From IMG/VR virus record IMGVR_UViG_3300025267_000011, positions 1-56,659 of that record: a stretch of DNA of 56,659 bases; one strand, written 5' to 3'. The notes below the pieces were generated by a model that worked only from the letters and a program-made list of their open reading frames with translations, was not told the DNA's origin and did not search any database. The stretch comes from a virus (taxonomy: Duplodnaviria; Caudoviricetes). Positions 35,902 through 44,748 of the stretch are shown here, piece after piece. The stretch's first letter is position 1. The number at the start of each line of letters is the position of its first letter. A program made the translations under genes and the position numbers.

Positions 35902-38327
35902 GCGGCCACCTCCCCACCTGCCGGGCGTGGCGCCGACCGCGTCGACGCCGCGCTGCTCGGGACCACCACCGCGGACACGATCCACGATCCAGCCCGGTGC
36001 TTCTTCACGTCGGTGACGAGGAGCTTCTGCCCCCGCGGGAGGATGATCTCGCCCTCGTTCGGGTAGTGCGACACCCGCCGCGCGTAGATCGACGGGGTCC
36101 CCTTCGGCACGGCGATATCCATGAACACCTCGGTCGCCGCGAGGTCCTCGTCGTCGCCGAACCGGGACTCCCCGAGCGTGGTGGACATGTAGCCGCGATC
36201 GGACAGCACCTTGCCCGCGAGCGACCCCGGCGAGCGCGCCACCCCGGGGGGGAACCCGTCGAGGTTGAGCGTGCGGACCACCCGCAGATCGTGCGAGGCA
36301 GGCGTCATCAGAGCGTCGATGTTGCGCACGTCCTCACCGATGATCTCGTTGTCCACGACACCCTTGCGGAGCTGCTCGTTGATCGTCGAGTAGCCGTTCG
36401 CCGTGTAGTGGTACAGGCTCTCGATCTGCTCCTCGGTCCCCTTGGGCTTGGGCTGCTTGTCCAGCCAGGCGTTGGTCTGCTCGAAGTTGTCCAGCTTCAC
36501 GGGCGCGAACTTCTTCGCCGCCGCGGTGACCCGCTCGCGCTCGACGTCGGTGACCGGCTGCGCCTTGACCGGCGCCGACTGCAGCCGACGGACCCGCTTC
36601 CACTCGGCGTTGCGGGCCTTCCTCGCCGCACGGCGGGCTCGGCGCTGGTCCTTCCGGTCCGCGCGGGCTTGCCGGCGTCGAGCGCGGGCGGCCTGCCGGT
36701 CGGCCTTGGTGATGGTCGACCCGATCGGCTTGCCGTACTTCTTCGCCCCGGCCGCGGTGCGGACCTTCGCCTCGAGGACGGACTCCGACAGCTCGTCGTC
36801 GTCGAGGTCGTCGCGCTCCTCGTCGGCGAGGTCGTCCTCGTCCCAGCCGAGGCCGTCGTCGTCGGGGTCCTCGTCGAGGTCGGTCTCGTCGTCCCATCCG
36901 TCGACGTCGCCGTCCGGGGCGGGGTCCTCCTCGGGCGCCCGCACCAGCATGATCGGCTCGTCCGGATCGGCCCGGTCGGCGACCTCCCAGCCGGACCCGG
37001 CGACCTGCTTCGCCAGGCTCGCCAGGGTGGCCGAGTCGATATCGCGCACCCGCATGACCGAGCCCTGGGCGACCAGCACGAGGGCCTGGTCCCCGCCCTC
37101 CACGGGGGGCTTCCCGATCTCGGCGCGCCACTCGTTGAGCGTGTAGGCGCCGTTCTTGAACCGCAGCTCCCGAATCTCCTCGATCTTCTTCGAGTCGCGG
37201 GTGTCCACCTCGGTGAACTGCAGCTTCCACCCGGACACGCCGAACCCGCGCACGGCGAGCCGGTAGAAGAACGCTTCCAGCACCAGCGCGGAGATCGGGT
37301 CACAGGTCTGCACGTCGAAGGTCTTGTCTTGGCCCTCGTCGGTTCCCCCGCCGAGGTTCCCGGACTCGATGACGCCGGCCTTGGCCGGGGGCACCCCGTA
37401 GGTCGCGAGGATCTCGTCGCGGGCCTTGTCCAGCTCGGAGTGCGCGGACTCGATCCGTCGCGCCCCGAGCTCGTGGACCTGCCCGCCGCCCTTGGTGATG
37501 ACCGGGTAGCCGGCGCTGCCCGGCCCGACGTTGCGGGCCATGTGCTGGGCGACCCAGCGGCGCACGTCGGCCCCGCTCATCTCCGCGGGCAGGTCGACGT
37601 GCAGGGTCAGCGGGTCGCCCTTGCGGTAGGTCTGCATGAGCGTCGCCGCGGCGAACAACCACCGCTGGATCGGCACGAGCGCGGCCTGCGTCGGGGAGAT
37701 ACCGAGCACCCCGGACCGGGGGGAGTCGAGCGAGATGTGGATGACCTCGTGCGGCTCGAACTCCGCGCGCTGCCCGTACTCGGTGAGCTGCACGTACCCG
37801 GTGATCTGGCCGTGGGCGTCAGCGGTCGGGGTGATCGACGGGCAGTCGAGGGAGAACAGCCCGACGGGGACCTGGCCCCGCCACACGACCTCCACGAACG
37901 CATCGCCGAACACCAGCAGATCGGTGATCACACCGCGGAGCAGCTGGCGGATGTTCTCCCGGTCGTTGACGAACCGGAACAGCCGCTCGCACGCCACGAC
38001 CTCGGCGGGCTTCTTCGGGCGCTCCGCGTCGGGGTCGGTCTCCTCGGCGGGGTCCCACACGAACTCCAGCCCGCCGGCGGTGATCCGGCGGGCGATCGCG
38101 TTCGTCGACGCCCACGACCACGGGCACGCGAGATAGGCGTCGTACAGCTCGGCCATGAGGGTGCGGCGGTCGCGGTCGGCGGCCTGCACGCTCGGGCTGA
38201 ACTCGTTGAGCCCGGAGTCGGGGACGGCGTACTCGTAGCCGCGTCGGGTCACCGTGGTGCCCGTGGTGGCCGCGGAGGGTGCGGCCTCCACGACGAACGC
38301 GCTCGCCAGCCAGTCGATCAGCCCCAC
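35898..38327 (-). CDS. Portal protein fused to a C-terminal ADP-ribosyltransferase
   Basis: Portal motifs DLLVFGDAF, EVIHI, GISP, EILATYGVPP, TLNEWRAEIGKPP; ART motifs YTANGYSTINEQLR, VVR, DRGYMSTT, EGEIILPRG. Confidence 0.88.
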   Translation of the reverse strand: MGLIDWLASAFVVEAAPSAATTGTTVTRRGYEYAVPDSGLNEFSPSVQAADRDRRTLMAELYDAYLACPWSWASTNAIARRITAGGLEFVWDPAEETDPDAERPKKPAEVVACERLFRFVNDRENIRQLLRGVITDLLVFGDAFVEVVWRGQVPVGLFSLDCPSITPTADAHGQITGYVQLTEYGQRAEFEPHEVIHISLDSPRSGVLGISPTQAALVPIQRWLFAAATLMQTYRKGDPLTLHVDLPAEMSGADVRRWVAQHMARNVGPGSAGYPVITKGGGQVHELGARRIESAHSELDKARDEILATYGVPPAKAGVIESGNLGGGTDEGQDKTFDVQTCDPISALVLEAFFYRLAVRGFGVSGWKLQFTEVDTRDSKKIEEIRELRFKNGAYTLNEWRAEIGKPPVEGGDQALVLVAQGSVMRVRDIDSATLASLAKQVAGSGWEVADRADPDEPIMLVRAPEEDPAPDGDVDGWDDETDLDEDPDDDGLGWDEDDLADEERDDLDDDELSESVLEAKVRTAAGAKKYGKPIGSTITKADRQAARARRRQARADRKDQRRARRAARKARNAEWKRVRRLQSAPVKAQPVTDVERERVTAAAKKFAPVKLDNFEQTNAWLDKQPKPKGTEEQIESLYHYTANGYSTINEQLRKGVVDNEIIGEDVRNIDALMTPASHDLRVVRTLNLDGFPPGVARSPGSLAGKVLSDRGYMSTTLGESRFGDDEDLAATEVFMDIAVPKGTPSIYARRVSHYPNEGEIILPRGQKLLVTDVKKHRAGSWIVSAVVVPSSAASTRSAPRPAGGEVAA

Positions 38328-39801
38328 GGGGAGTCCTCCTCGTCGTCGTGCAGCCAGGAGGGAGCGGCGTCGGGGCCGGGCCCGTTCTTGATCGCGAACG
38401 GGCCGAACGGCTTGGCGCTGCGCTGGTCCTCGTCGGGGGTGGGGCCGAGGTCGGTCGGGAACTGCGCCCCGCCGCCGAAGGACATGAGCAGGTAGCGGAC
38501 CGTGTCGTAGGGGTGGTCCTCGGCGTCGGTGTCGACGTCCTCGGGCCGCTTGGGGTCCCGGGGGAGGTCGGCCATCGTCCGGACGAACTCGGGGCAGGTG
38601 TCGTCGAGGACGTGGAGCATCGGGCAGGTGTCCCAGCCCTGATCGCGGTGGTAGATGCACGCCGGGGCCTCGGCCAGGTAGGTGTGCATCCGGGCCTTGC
38701 CTGAGAGCCGGTCGTTCTCGGCTCGCTGCAGCGGCAGACCCTCCATGATCATCTGCTTGGCGGGGGGCAGCGCCGATCCGACCTTGCCCCACATCGCCGG
38801 GTCCCCGGCGATCATCCGCACCCCGGTGCCCAGCGCGAGGATCCTGCGGGCCTGCTCCCGCTCCGGGGTCTCCGTCATGGACAGCTCGCGGTAGAGCCAC
38901 ACCCGGCCGTCGCCGTCACGGGCGCCCGCGATGAACACCGACGGCGCCGACCACCCGTAGTCCATGCCGCCGCGGCGGTCCCAGCTCTCGGGCAGGGTGA
39001 ACGCCGGCACGACGGCCCGGGCGGGACGCCAGTCGGGGAACGCCTGGTTCGCGAACACGTCCCAATCCCCGTCCATGATCATGCGACGGAGCTCGGGGTC
39101 CGGGTTACCGGCCAGCCGTTCCGCGTAGTCGCCGACGTACGGGTTGTCCGACACCTTCGCCGGGATGAACAGCCGCCGACGCCCGGAGGCGTCGACCAGC
39201 TCGGCCCGGCCCTTCTCGGTGGCCGTGACGTAGTCGGCCTTCACCCGGCCGTGCCCGACCCCGCCCGGGTTCGACGCCGACCGGATGCCCAGGCACGGCA
39301 CGCCCCGCACGCCGGAGCGGACGCGGGTGTAGAGGAAGTCCACGACGGCCGGCGGGATCGTGGTGCGCTCGTCGAGGATCAGGAGGTTGATCTCGGCCGA
39401 CTGGAGCGCGGACGCCTCCTGCAGGTTCTTCGCGTGCGCGAAGGTCAGGACCGCCCCACCGGGGAAGGTCAGTTCGTACTTCGACCCGTTCCACTTCGCG
39501 CCCAGCTTGCGGAAGTAGCCATACCGGGCCAGCGCGCGGAGCACGGACTGGTTGAGCTCGGGGAAGCTGCGGCGGAACCAGAACACCTGGATGCCCGGGT
39601 ACCGGGTGCAGGTGCGCGCGGCGAGCGCCAGCAGCGCAGCGCTTTTCCCCCGCCACCGGCCCCGCCGTAGAGCACGTCCATGTCCTCGTCGGGCAGGGCG
39701 AGGAACCGGGCCTGCGGGCCCGGGTTCGGCACGAACCCGATCTTGGCGAAGGCGTCGACGGGGCGCGGGGCGGCGGCGTCGGCCAGGAGCCCCGCGAACG
39801 T
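38318..39801 (-). CDS. Terminase large subunit, split by a -1 frameshift at 39643-39649
   Basis: PNPGPQ..FL and YGGAGGGGK in one frame; SAALL, LLILDE, SNPGGVGH, DYG, DHPYD in the -1 frame. Confidence 0.85.
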
Positions 39802-39808
39802 GGGGCGC

Positions 39809-40420
39809 CTACCCCTCGTCCTCTGCGGCTTCCTCGGCCTCGCGGAGTGCGTCGGCGAAATGGGACAGCACCTCCCGCTGCATCGTGTCCGGGACGCCGG
39901 CGCGGTCCATCGCGGTGACCAGACCGCGGTGTGTGAGGGCGACCTGCTCCTCCAGCAGCTCGACCATGCGCGCGTCGTTGACGTCGGTGGCGTCGAGCCC
40001 TTCGAGCTTGGACCGGCGCTCACCGAGGCGGAGCCGCGCGTTGACCGCGGCGACGTCGGGCTCGCGCCACATCACCCCCCGACAGCCCTCCTCGGGGCAG
40101 CGCACGGCGCGTGCCGGGCGGGTCGACGGGGTGATCGCCACTTCCATGTCGTCGAGTCGGGCGATCTCCAGCGCGCGCAGCTCTTCGACCCGGCCGCGGG
40201 TGTCGCGCGCCAGTTGCATGAGGTGGCCGTTCACCGCGTCGAACGCGCGCTTGCGCCCGTCCTTGCCCGGGTAGAGCTGCCGCTTGTCGGTCGCGGAGAT
40301 CGGCTGCGTCGCGATCTGCTCGTACGACATGCCGGCCTTGCGCAGCTCGACAGCACGGAGGGCGCGCTCAGCCGCGGTGACGCGCCGCGGCGAGGTCTTG
40401 CTCTCGCCGCGGCCGCTCAC
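39809..40420 (-). CDS. Terminase small subunit
   Basis: N-terminal HTH AVELRKAGMSYEQIA; ELRALEIARLD, ERRSKLEGLDA; precedes TerL. Confidence 0.8.
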   Translation of the reverse strand: MSGRGESKTSPRRVTAAERALRAVELRKAGMSYEQIATQPISATDKRQLYPGKDGRKRAFDAVNGHLMQLARDTRGRVEELRALEIARLDDMEVAITPSTRPARAVRCPEEGCRGVMWREPDVAAVNARLRLGERRSKLEGLDATDVNDARMVELLEEQVALTHRGLVTAMDRAGVPDTMQREVLSHFADALREAEEAAEDEG

Positions 40421-41055
40421 CAGACCGGCCCGCCCTTGAACCCGGCGACCGAGCGCGTGTGCTCGGCGAGCACGGCGTCCCGGTCGACGGCGATCGCGCC
40501 GCGGCCCGCGCACCGCCCGCTGACCCGGTCGGGGGACCAGGCCCCCGCCCATGCGTGGGTGGTGGTGACCGTGGCGGGCTGCCCGACCCCGCGCAGCGCC
40601 ATGCAGCCGTGCGCGGCGGTGATGATGCACGCGGCGCCGTCCGGGTCCAGCCGCTCGGCGACGGCGTCGGCGACCTGCCGGCCCAGCTGCTCCTGCACCT
40701 GCAGACGCCGCGCGTAGCCCTCGACGACCCGGGCGAACTTCGACAGGCCCACGACCTCGGCCCCGGGACGGGGCCGGTAGGCGACGGTCGCGGTGCCGAC
40801 GACGGGGAGGAGGTGGTGCGCGCACGTGGACACCACGCGGATGCCCGAGACCATGACGAGCCCGGCGTCGGCCGGGGCCGGGAACGTCCGGCCGAGGTGG
40901 TCGGCCGGGTCCTCCTGGTAGCCGGCGAGCTGCTCGGCCCAGGCCCGGGCGACCCGGCCCGGGGTGTCGGCGGTGTGGGCGCCCTCTTCGACCCCGAGGG
41001 CCAGCAGGAGCGCCGAGACGGCCGCGGCGGCCTTGTCGACGTCGAGCACGGTCAC
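40417..41055 (-). CDS. folE: GTP cyclohydrolase I
   Basis: TPGRVARAW, STCAHHLLP, GLSKFAR, RLQVQE, HGCMALRGV. Confidence 0.95.
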   Translation of the reverse strand: MTVLDVDKAAAAVSALLLALGVEEGAHTADTPGRVARAWAEQLAGYQEDPADHLGRTFPAPADAGLVMVSGIRVVSTCAHHLLPVVGTATVAYRPRPGAEVVGLSKFARVVEGYARRLQVQEQLGRQVADAVAERLDPDGAACIITAAHGCMALRGVGQPATVTTTHAWAGAWSPDRVSGRCAGRGAIAVDRDAVLAEHTRSVAGFKGGPVW

Positions 41056-41777
41056 CGCCCCCTCTCGTCGCCCCAGGCGGCCACGTGGAGCCGGTGGGAC
41101 AGGTTGACGCCGTGCTCGACCGCGGCGTCGGCGAGCTCGGCGAAGCGCTCGGCGACGACGGCCGGGGTGGTGCCCTCGGGCATCACCCACACCCACCGGC
41201 GGGGGACGTGCAGCTCCTCGGCGAGGGCGACCGCAGCGGGTACGTCGGCCGGACCGGAGCACACGACCTTCACCACGACGTGCGCCAGCCCGGCGAGCCG
41301 GACCACGCCCCACGCGCACGACACCGCGGGGTCCTGGTGGCCGCGGTGCTCCCCGGCGTTGGGCAGCTTCGGGGACACCACGAACAGCTGCACGAGGTTG
41401 AGCATCGGGTCGCGCGGGGCGACGGTGCCGTTGGTCTCGACGTGCACCCGCAGCCCGGCCGCGCGGAGCCCGACGAGGAACGCCTCCATCGCCGGGCCCT
41501 GCTGCAGCAGCGGCTCGCCGCCGGTGAGGACGACGAGGTCGGCCCGGTCACCGGCGCGGTCCACGACCTCGGCGACCAGGCCGTCGACGTCGCGGGTCCC
41601 GATCTCCTCGGCCAGGGTGAAGCGCGAGGCGTCCCAGGTGTAGGCCGAATCGCACCACGAGCACGACAGGTTGCACCCGCCGAGACGGACGAACACCGCG
41701 GGCATCCCGGCGGCCGGGCCCTCGCCCTGCAGCGTCGGCCCGAACACCTCCGACACGCGGAGCTGGTGGGTCGTCAC
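41052..41777 (-). CDS. queE: 7-carboxy-7-deazaguanine synthase (radical SAM)
   Basis: TLQGEG, CNLSCSWCD, TGGEPLLQ, ETNGT, VSPK, RLHV..WG. Confidence 0.95.
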   Translation of the reverse strand: MTTHQLRVSEVFGPTLQGEGPAAGMPAVFVRLGGCNLSCSWCDSAYTWDASRFTLAEEIGTRDVDGLVAEVVDRAGDRADLVVLTGGEPLLQQGPAMEAFLVGLRAAGLRVHVETNGTVAPRDPMLNLVQLFVVSPKLPNAGEHRGHQDPAVSCAWGVVRLAGLAHVVVKVVCSGPADVPAAVALAEELHVPRRWVWVMPEGTTPAVVAERFAELADAAVEHGVNLSHRLHVAAWGDERGR

Positions 41778-42208
41778 GGCGTGCCCTCCCATCGGTAGGT
41801 GGCGGCGTTGACGTGGGTCTCCTGCACGACCACCGACCCGCCGGTCGTCTCCGCGCCGAACACCTCGAGGGCCCACCGGCCGACCCAGGCGGCGATGTTC
41901 TCCGTCGACGGGTCGCCCGGGCACACCCGCAGCCCGGGCAGGCGACCCGGCCCGAACGCCAGGTCGGCGAGCGGGTCGGAGGCGTTGAGCAGGAGCCGGT
42001 GGTCGAACTCGGTGTCGAGGTAGCCGCGGAACGCCCGCTTCACCCCGCCGAAGTCGAGCCCGGCCAGCAGGCCCCGGTCGTCGACGACGCCGGTCAGCTC
42101 CAGCTCCACCCACATGCTGTGCCCGTGGATGGCCTCGCACTTCCCCGGCAGCAGCGACAGCCGGTGAGCGACCTCGATGTTGTGCCGGACCAGCAGGGAC
42201 GCGCTCAC
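41774..42208 (-). CDS. queD: 6-carboxytetrahydropterin synthase
   Basis: AHRL, C..IHGHS, DFG, FDH..LN, PSTENIA, ET. Confidence 0.93.
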   Translation of the reverse strand: MSASLLVRHNIEVAHRLSLLPGKCEAIHGHSMWVELELTGVVDDRGLLAGLDFGGVKRAFRGYLDTEFDHRLLLNASDPLADLAFGPGRLPGLRVCPGDPSTENIAAWVGRWALEVFGAETTGGSVVVQETHVNAATYRWEGTP

Positions 42209-42879
42209 ACCACGCCCGTCGGGGTCGCGTAGGCGGTGGCGTCGTCGACGCCGGCGTCGGTGAAGGCTTCGATCCGCTCGACGCACGTTCCGCACCGGCC
42301 GCAGTGCACGTCCCCGCCCTCGTAGCAGGACCAGGTGCGCTCCACCGGCAGGCCGAGCTTCCCGGCCTCGCGGGCGATCTCGGTCTTGTCGATGTGCACG
42401 AACGGCGCGTCGAGGCGCACCGCCTCGCCGGTCCCGAGGGCGACGGCGATATCCAGCGCGGTGATGAACTCGGGCCGACAGTCCGGATAGACGGGGTGGT
42501 CCCCGGCGTGCACCGCGGTGACGACGTGCGTGCAGCCCTTCGACACCGCGACCCCGGCCGCCGCGCACAGCAGCGTGGCGTTCCTGTTCGGCACGATCGT
42601 GGCCTTCATCGCCGGCGCCGCGTAGTGGCCGTGGGGGACGGGCACGTTCGGGTCGGTCAGGGCCGACCCGGTGAGGAGCTGGCCCCACCCGGTCATGTCC
42701 AGGACGCCGTGCTCGACGCCGTAGAACGCGGCGATCTCCGCGGCCGCGGCCAGCTCGCGGCGGTGCCGCTGCCCGTAGTCGACCGACAGCGCGAACACCG
42801 CGATGCCGCGGGCGTGGGAGCGGGCGAGCGCGGTGGAGGAGTCCAGGCCGCCGGAGAGGAGGACGAGGTCACGACGCAT
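42205..42879 (-). CDS. queC: 7-cyano-7-deazaguanine synthase
   Basis: SGGLDS, DYGQRH, VPNRN, YPDCRPEF, TWSCY, CGRCGTC. Confidence 0.96.
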   Translation of the reverse strand: MRRDLVLLSGGLDSSTALARSHARGIAVFALSVDYGQRHRRELAAAAEIAAFYGVEHGVLDMTGWGQLLTGSALTDPNVPVPHGHYAAPAMKATIVPNRNATLLCAAAGVAVSKGCTHVVTAVHAGDHPVYPDCRPEFITALDIAVALGTGEAVRLDAPFVHIDKTEIAREAGKLGLPVERTWSCYEGGDVHCGRCGTCVERIEAFTDAGVDDATAYATPTGVV

Positions 42880-43816
42880 GGGGCTGTGCCTTCCGTGGGT
42901 AGCAGGTGTGGGCGCCGCGGTAGCGACGCCAGATCGGGGGGACCGGCCCGCCGGGGGAGTGGAGGATCCGGTCGAGGTCGGCGATCGCGTAGGCATCGGG
43001 CTCGCCGGCGCCGAGGGAGGAGTAGAGGTGCGTGCCGGGCAGCCCGTCGGGACCGCTGCCTGGTTCGGTCACCGGCCGGGTTCGGCGCAGGTGTTCGTCG
43101 GCCGTCGCGTAGGCGAGCGACATGGCCTGCATGAGCGCCTGCCGCCCGCGGAGCTTGGGCATCCGGTTGTCGGTGGCGATCTGCGCCAGGTCGATGCCGT
43201 GGTCGCGGATGATCCGGTGATCGCGGCGGAGACGGGCGACGTCGCTCACGCCGGTGTTCTGCACGGTCCGGCCGTCGAAGTAAACGATCTTGCCGAACTT
43301 GAACGCGCCGCTGACCGTGGAAGCGTCCGCGCTGTAGGGCAGCGCAGCCCGGAGCGAGGTCATCGACCCGACCCCGAGGGCGTGGACCCCGCCGCCGAGG
43401 TCGGCCGCGCGCCGCTGCAGCGCCCGGACCCGCCGCACCTGCAGCGCCCGGGCCATCCCGACCAGGCCGCCGGCGGCGACGTAGGAGCTGTCCCGCACCA
43501 TCGCCTCGAACTCGGCGACGGTGTCGCCGGGGGTGAACACGGGCATGACCGGGAGTCCGCGCGCGTGCAGCGCGCGGGTGTTGCGCCGGGTGCCGGCCGG
43601 GTCCCCGATGACGTCGAGGGTGATCGCGTGGTCCCAGCAGCCGCGCCACCGCTCCAGGAACGCGGCGTAGTCGGCGAGCTCGATCCGGCGCCCCTTGGTG
43701 TGGGCGGTGAACGCCCCGCTGTCGATGAGGAGCCGACCGCACACCAGGGAGGTCCGGACCCGGCGTAGGTCGGTGTCGGCGTGGAAGGCGTAGGACAGCA
43801 GCAGGTTGACCGCCAT
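42869..43816 (-). CDS. TGT/DpdA-like deazaguanine transglycosylase, paralog B
   Basis: LIDSGAFT, LDVIGD, PVF, HALG, YSADAS. Confidence 0.8.
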   Translation of the reverse strand: MAVNLLLSYAFHADTDLRRVRTSLVCGRLLIDSGAFTAHTKGRRIELADYAAFLERWRGCWDHAITLDVIGDPAGTRRNTRALHARGLPVMPVFTPGDTVAEFEAMVRDSSYVAAGGLVGMARALQVRRVRALQRRAADLGGGVHALGVGSMTSLRAALPYSADASTVSGAFKFGKIVYFDGRTVQNTGVSDVARLRRDHRIIRDHGIDLAQIATDNRMPKLRGRQALMQAMSLAYATADEHLRRTRPVTEPGSGPDGLPGTHLYSSLGAGEPDAYAIADLDRILHSPGGPVPPIWRRYRGAHTCYPRKAQPHAS

Positions 43817-44748
43817 CAGCTCACCCGCCGATCCGGGGTGATCGCCGCTGCTTCCCGGGACACCCGGATCAGCACGTCGAGGTCGTTCTTCCCGCCCGCG
43901 GCGAGGTAGAGCTTCAACCCGTCCCCGGTGACCGCGCTCCCGGTCGGCGGGGGCACGGCCGGGCGACGGCGCTGCAGCCACGTCTCGTAGCGGCGCATCG
44001 AGACGATCGAGGCCCGCACCATCCAGTCGCGGTCCTGCCGGGCGACGGGCCCGACCTCGCGCACGATCCCGAACCCGGGCGTCACCGCGCGGCGCGGGTT
44101 CCCACCGTAGGAGCGGATCAGCCGGGCGTGCGGTGCGGCCTTCGGGGTGCCGCACCGGAAGTTCACCAGGCGTCGGCCGTCGAACAGCGAGATCGTCCCG
44201 GTGCGTGACGCGGAGGTCCAGTAGGAGGAGTCCACGCTGTACCAGGGCGCGGACTCCGCGTACGGGGGCCGGGTCAGCCCGAGCCCGTGGAGCCGGGTCC
44301 CGTGCTCCCGGGCGATCTGGTGGGCCCGCACGATCCACCGCAGCATCGCCGTCGCGCGTTCCTTCTTCGCGACGGCGACCGCGCCCCCGAGCATCACGTA
44401 CGGGTGCGCGGCGCACAGCTGCTCCAGCACCCGCCAGGGGCTCGACACGTGGAACACCGGCAGGATCGGCACCGCCCCGTCGACAGCGGACATGAGGCGC
44501 TCGGTGTTGCGCGCCGTCCCGACGGGGTCGCCGATCACGTCGAGCGTCGCCGCGGCGTTGATCACGGTGCGGTGCTCGCGCAGCCATGCCGCGTAGTCGG
44601 CGACGGTGACCTCGGCCCCGGAGTTGTGCGCGGAGAACGCCCCCGAGTCGGCGAGGAAGTCCACGTCCCGGTGCGGGCTGAGGTCCGCGGTCAGGTTCCG
44701 CCGCCGGAAGAAGTGGAACGACCCGAGGATGTGGACGCGGCCGGTCAC
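43816..44748 (-). CDS. TGT/DpdA-like deazaguanine transglycosylase, paralog A
   Basis: LADSGAFS, LDVIGD, PVFH, LGG, HGLG, WYSVDSSYW. Confidence 0.85.
   Translation of the reverse strand: MTGRVHILGSFHFFRRRNLTADLSPHRDVDFLADSGAFSAHNSGAEVTVADYAAWLREHRTVINAAATLDVIGDPVGTARNTERLMSAVDGAVPILPVFHVSSPWRVLEQLCAAHPYVMLGGAVAVAKKERATAMLRWIVRAHQIAREHGTRLHGLGLTRPPYAESAPWYSVDSSYWTSASRTGTISLFDGRRLVNFRCGTPKAAPHARLIRSYGGNPRRAVTPGFGIVREVGPVARQDRDWMVRASIVSMRRYETWLQRRRPAVPPPTGSAVTGDGLKLYLAAGGKNDLDVLIRVSREAAAITPDRRVS

Noticed and set aside
40417-42879. Host queuosine/folate operon marking a prophage boundary
   Set aside because: Genes are coupled to phage terS and DpdA-like genes and flanked by phage genes on both sides
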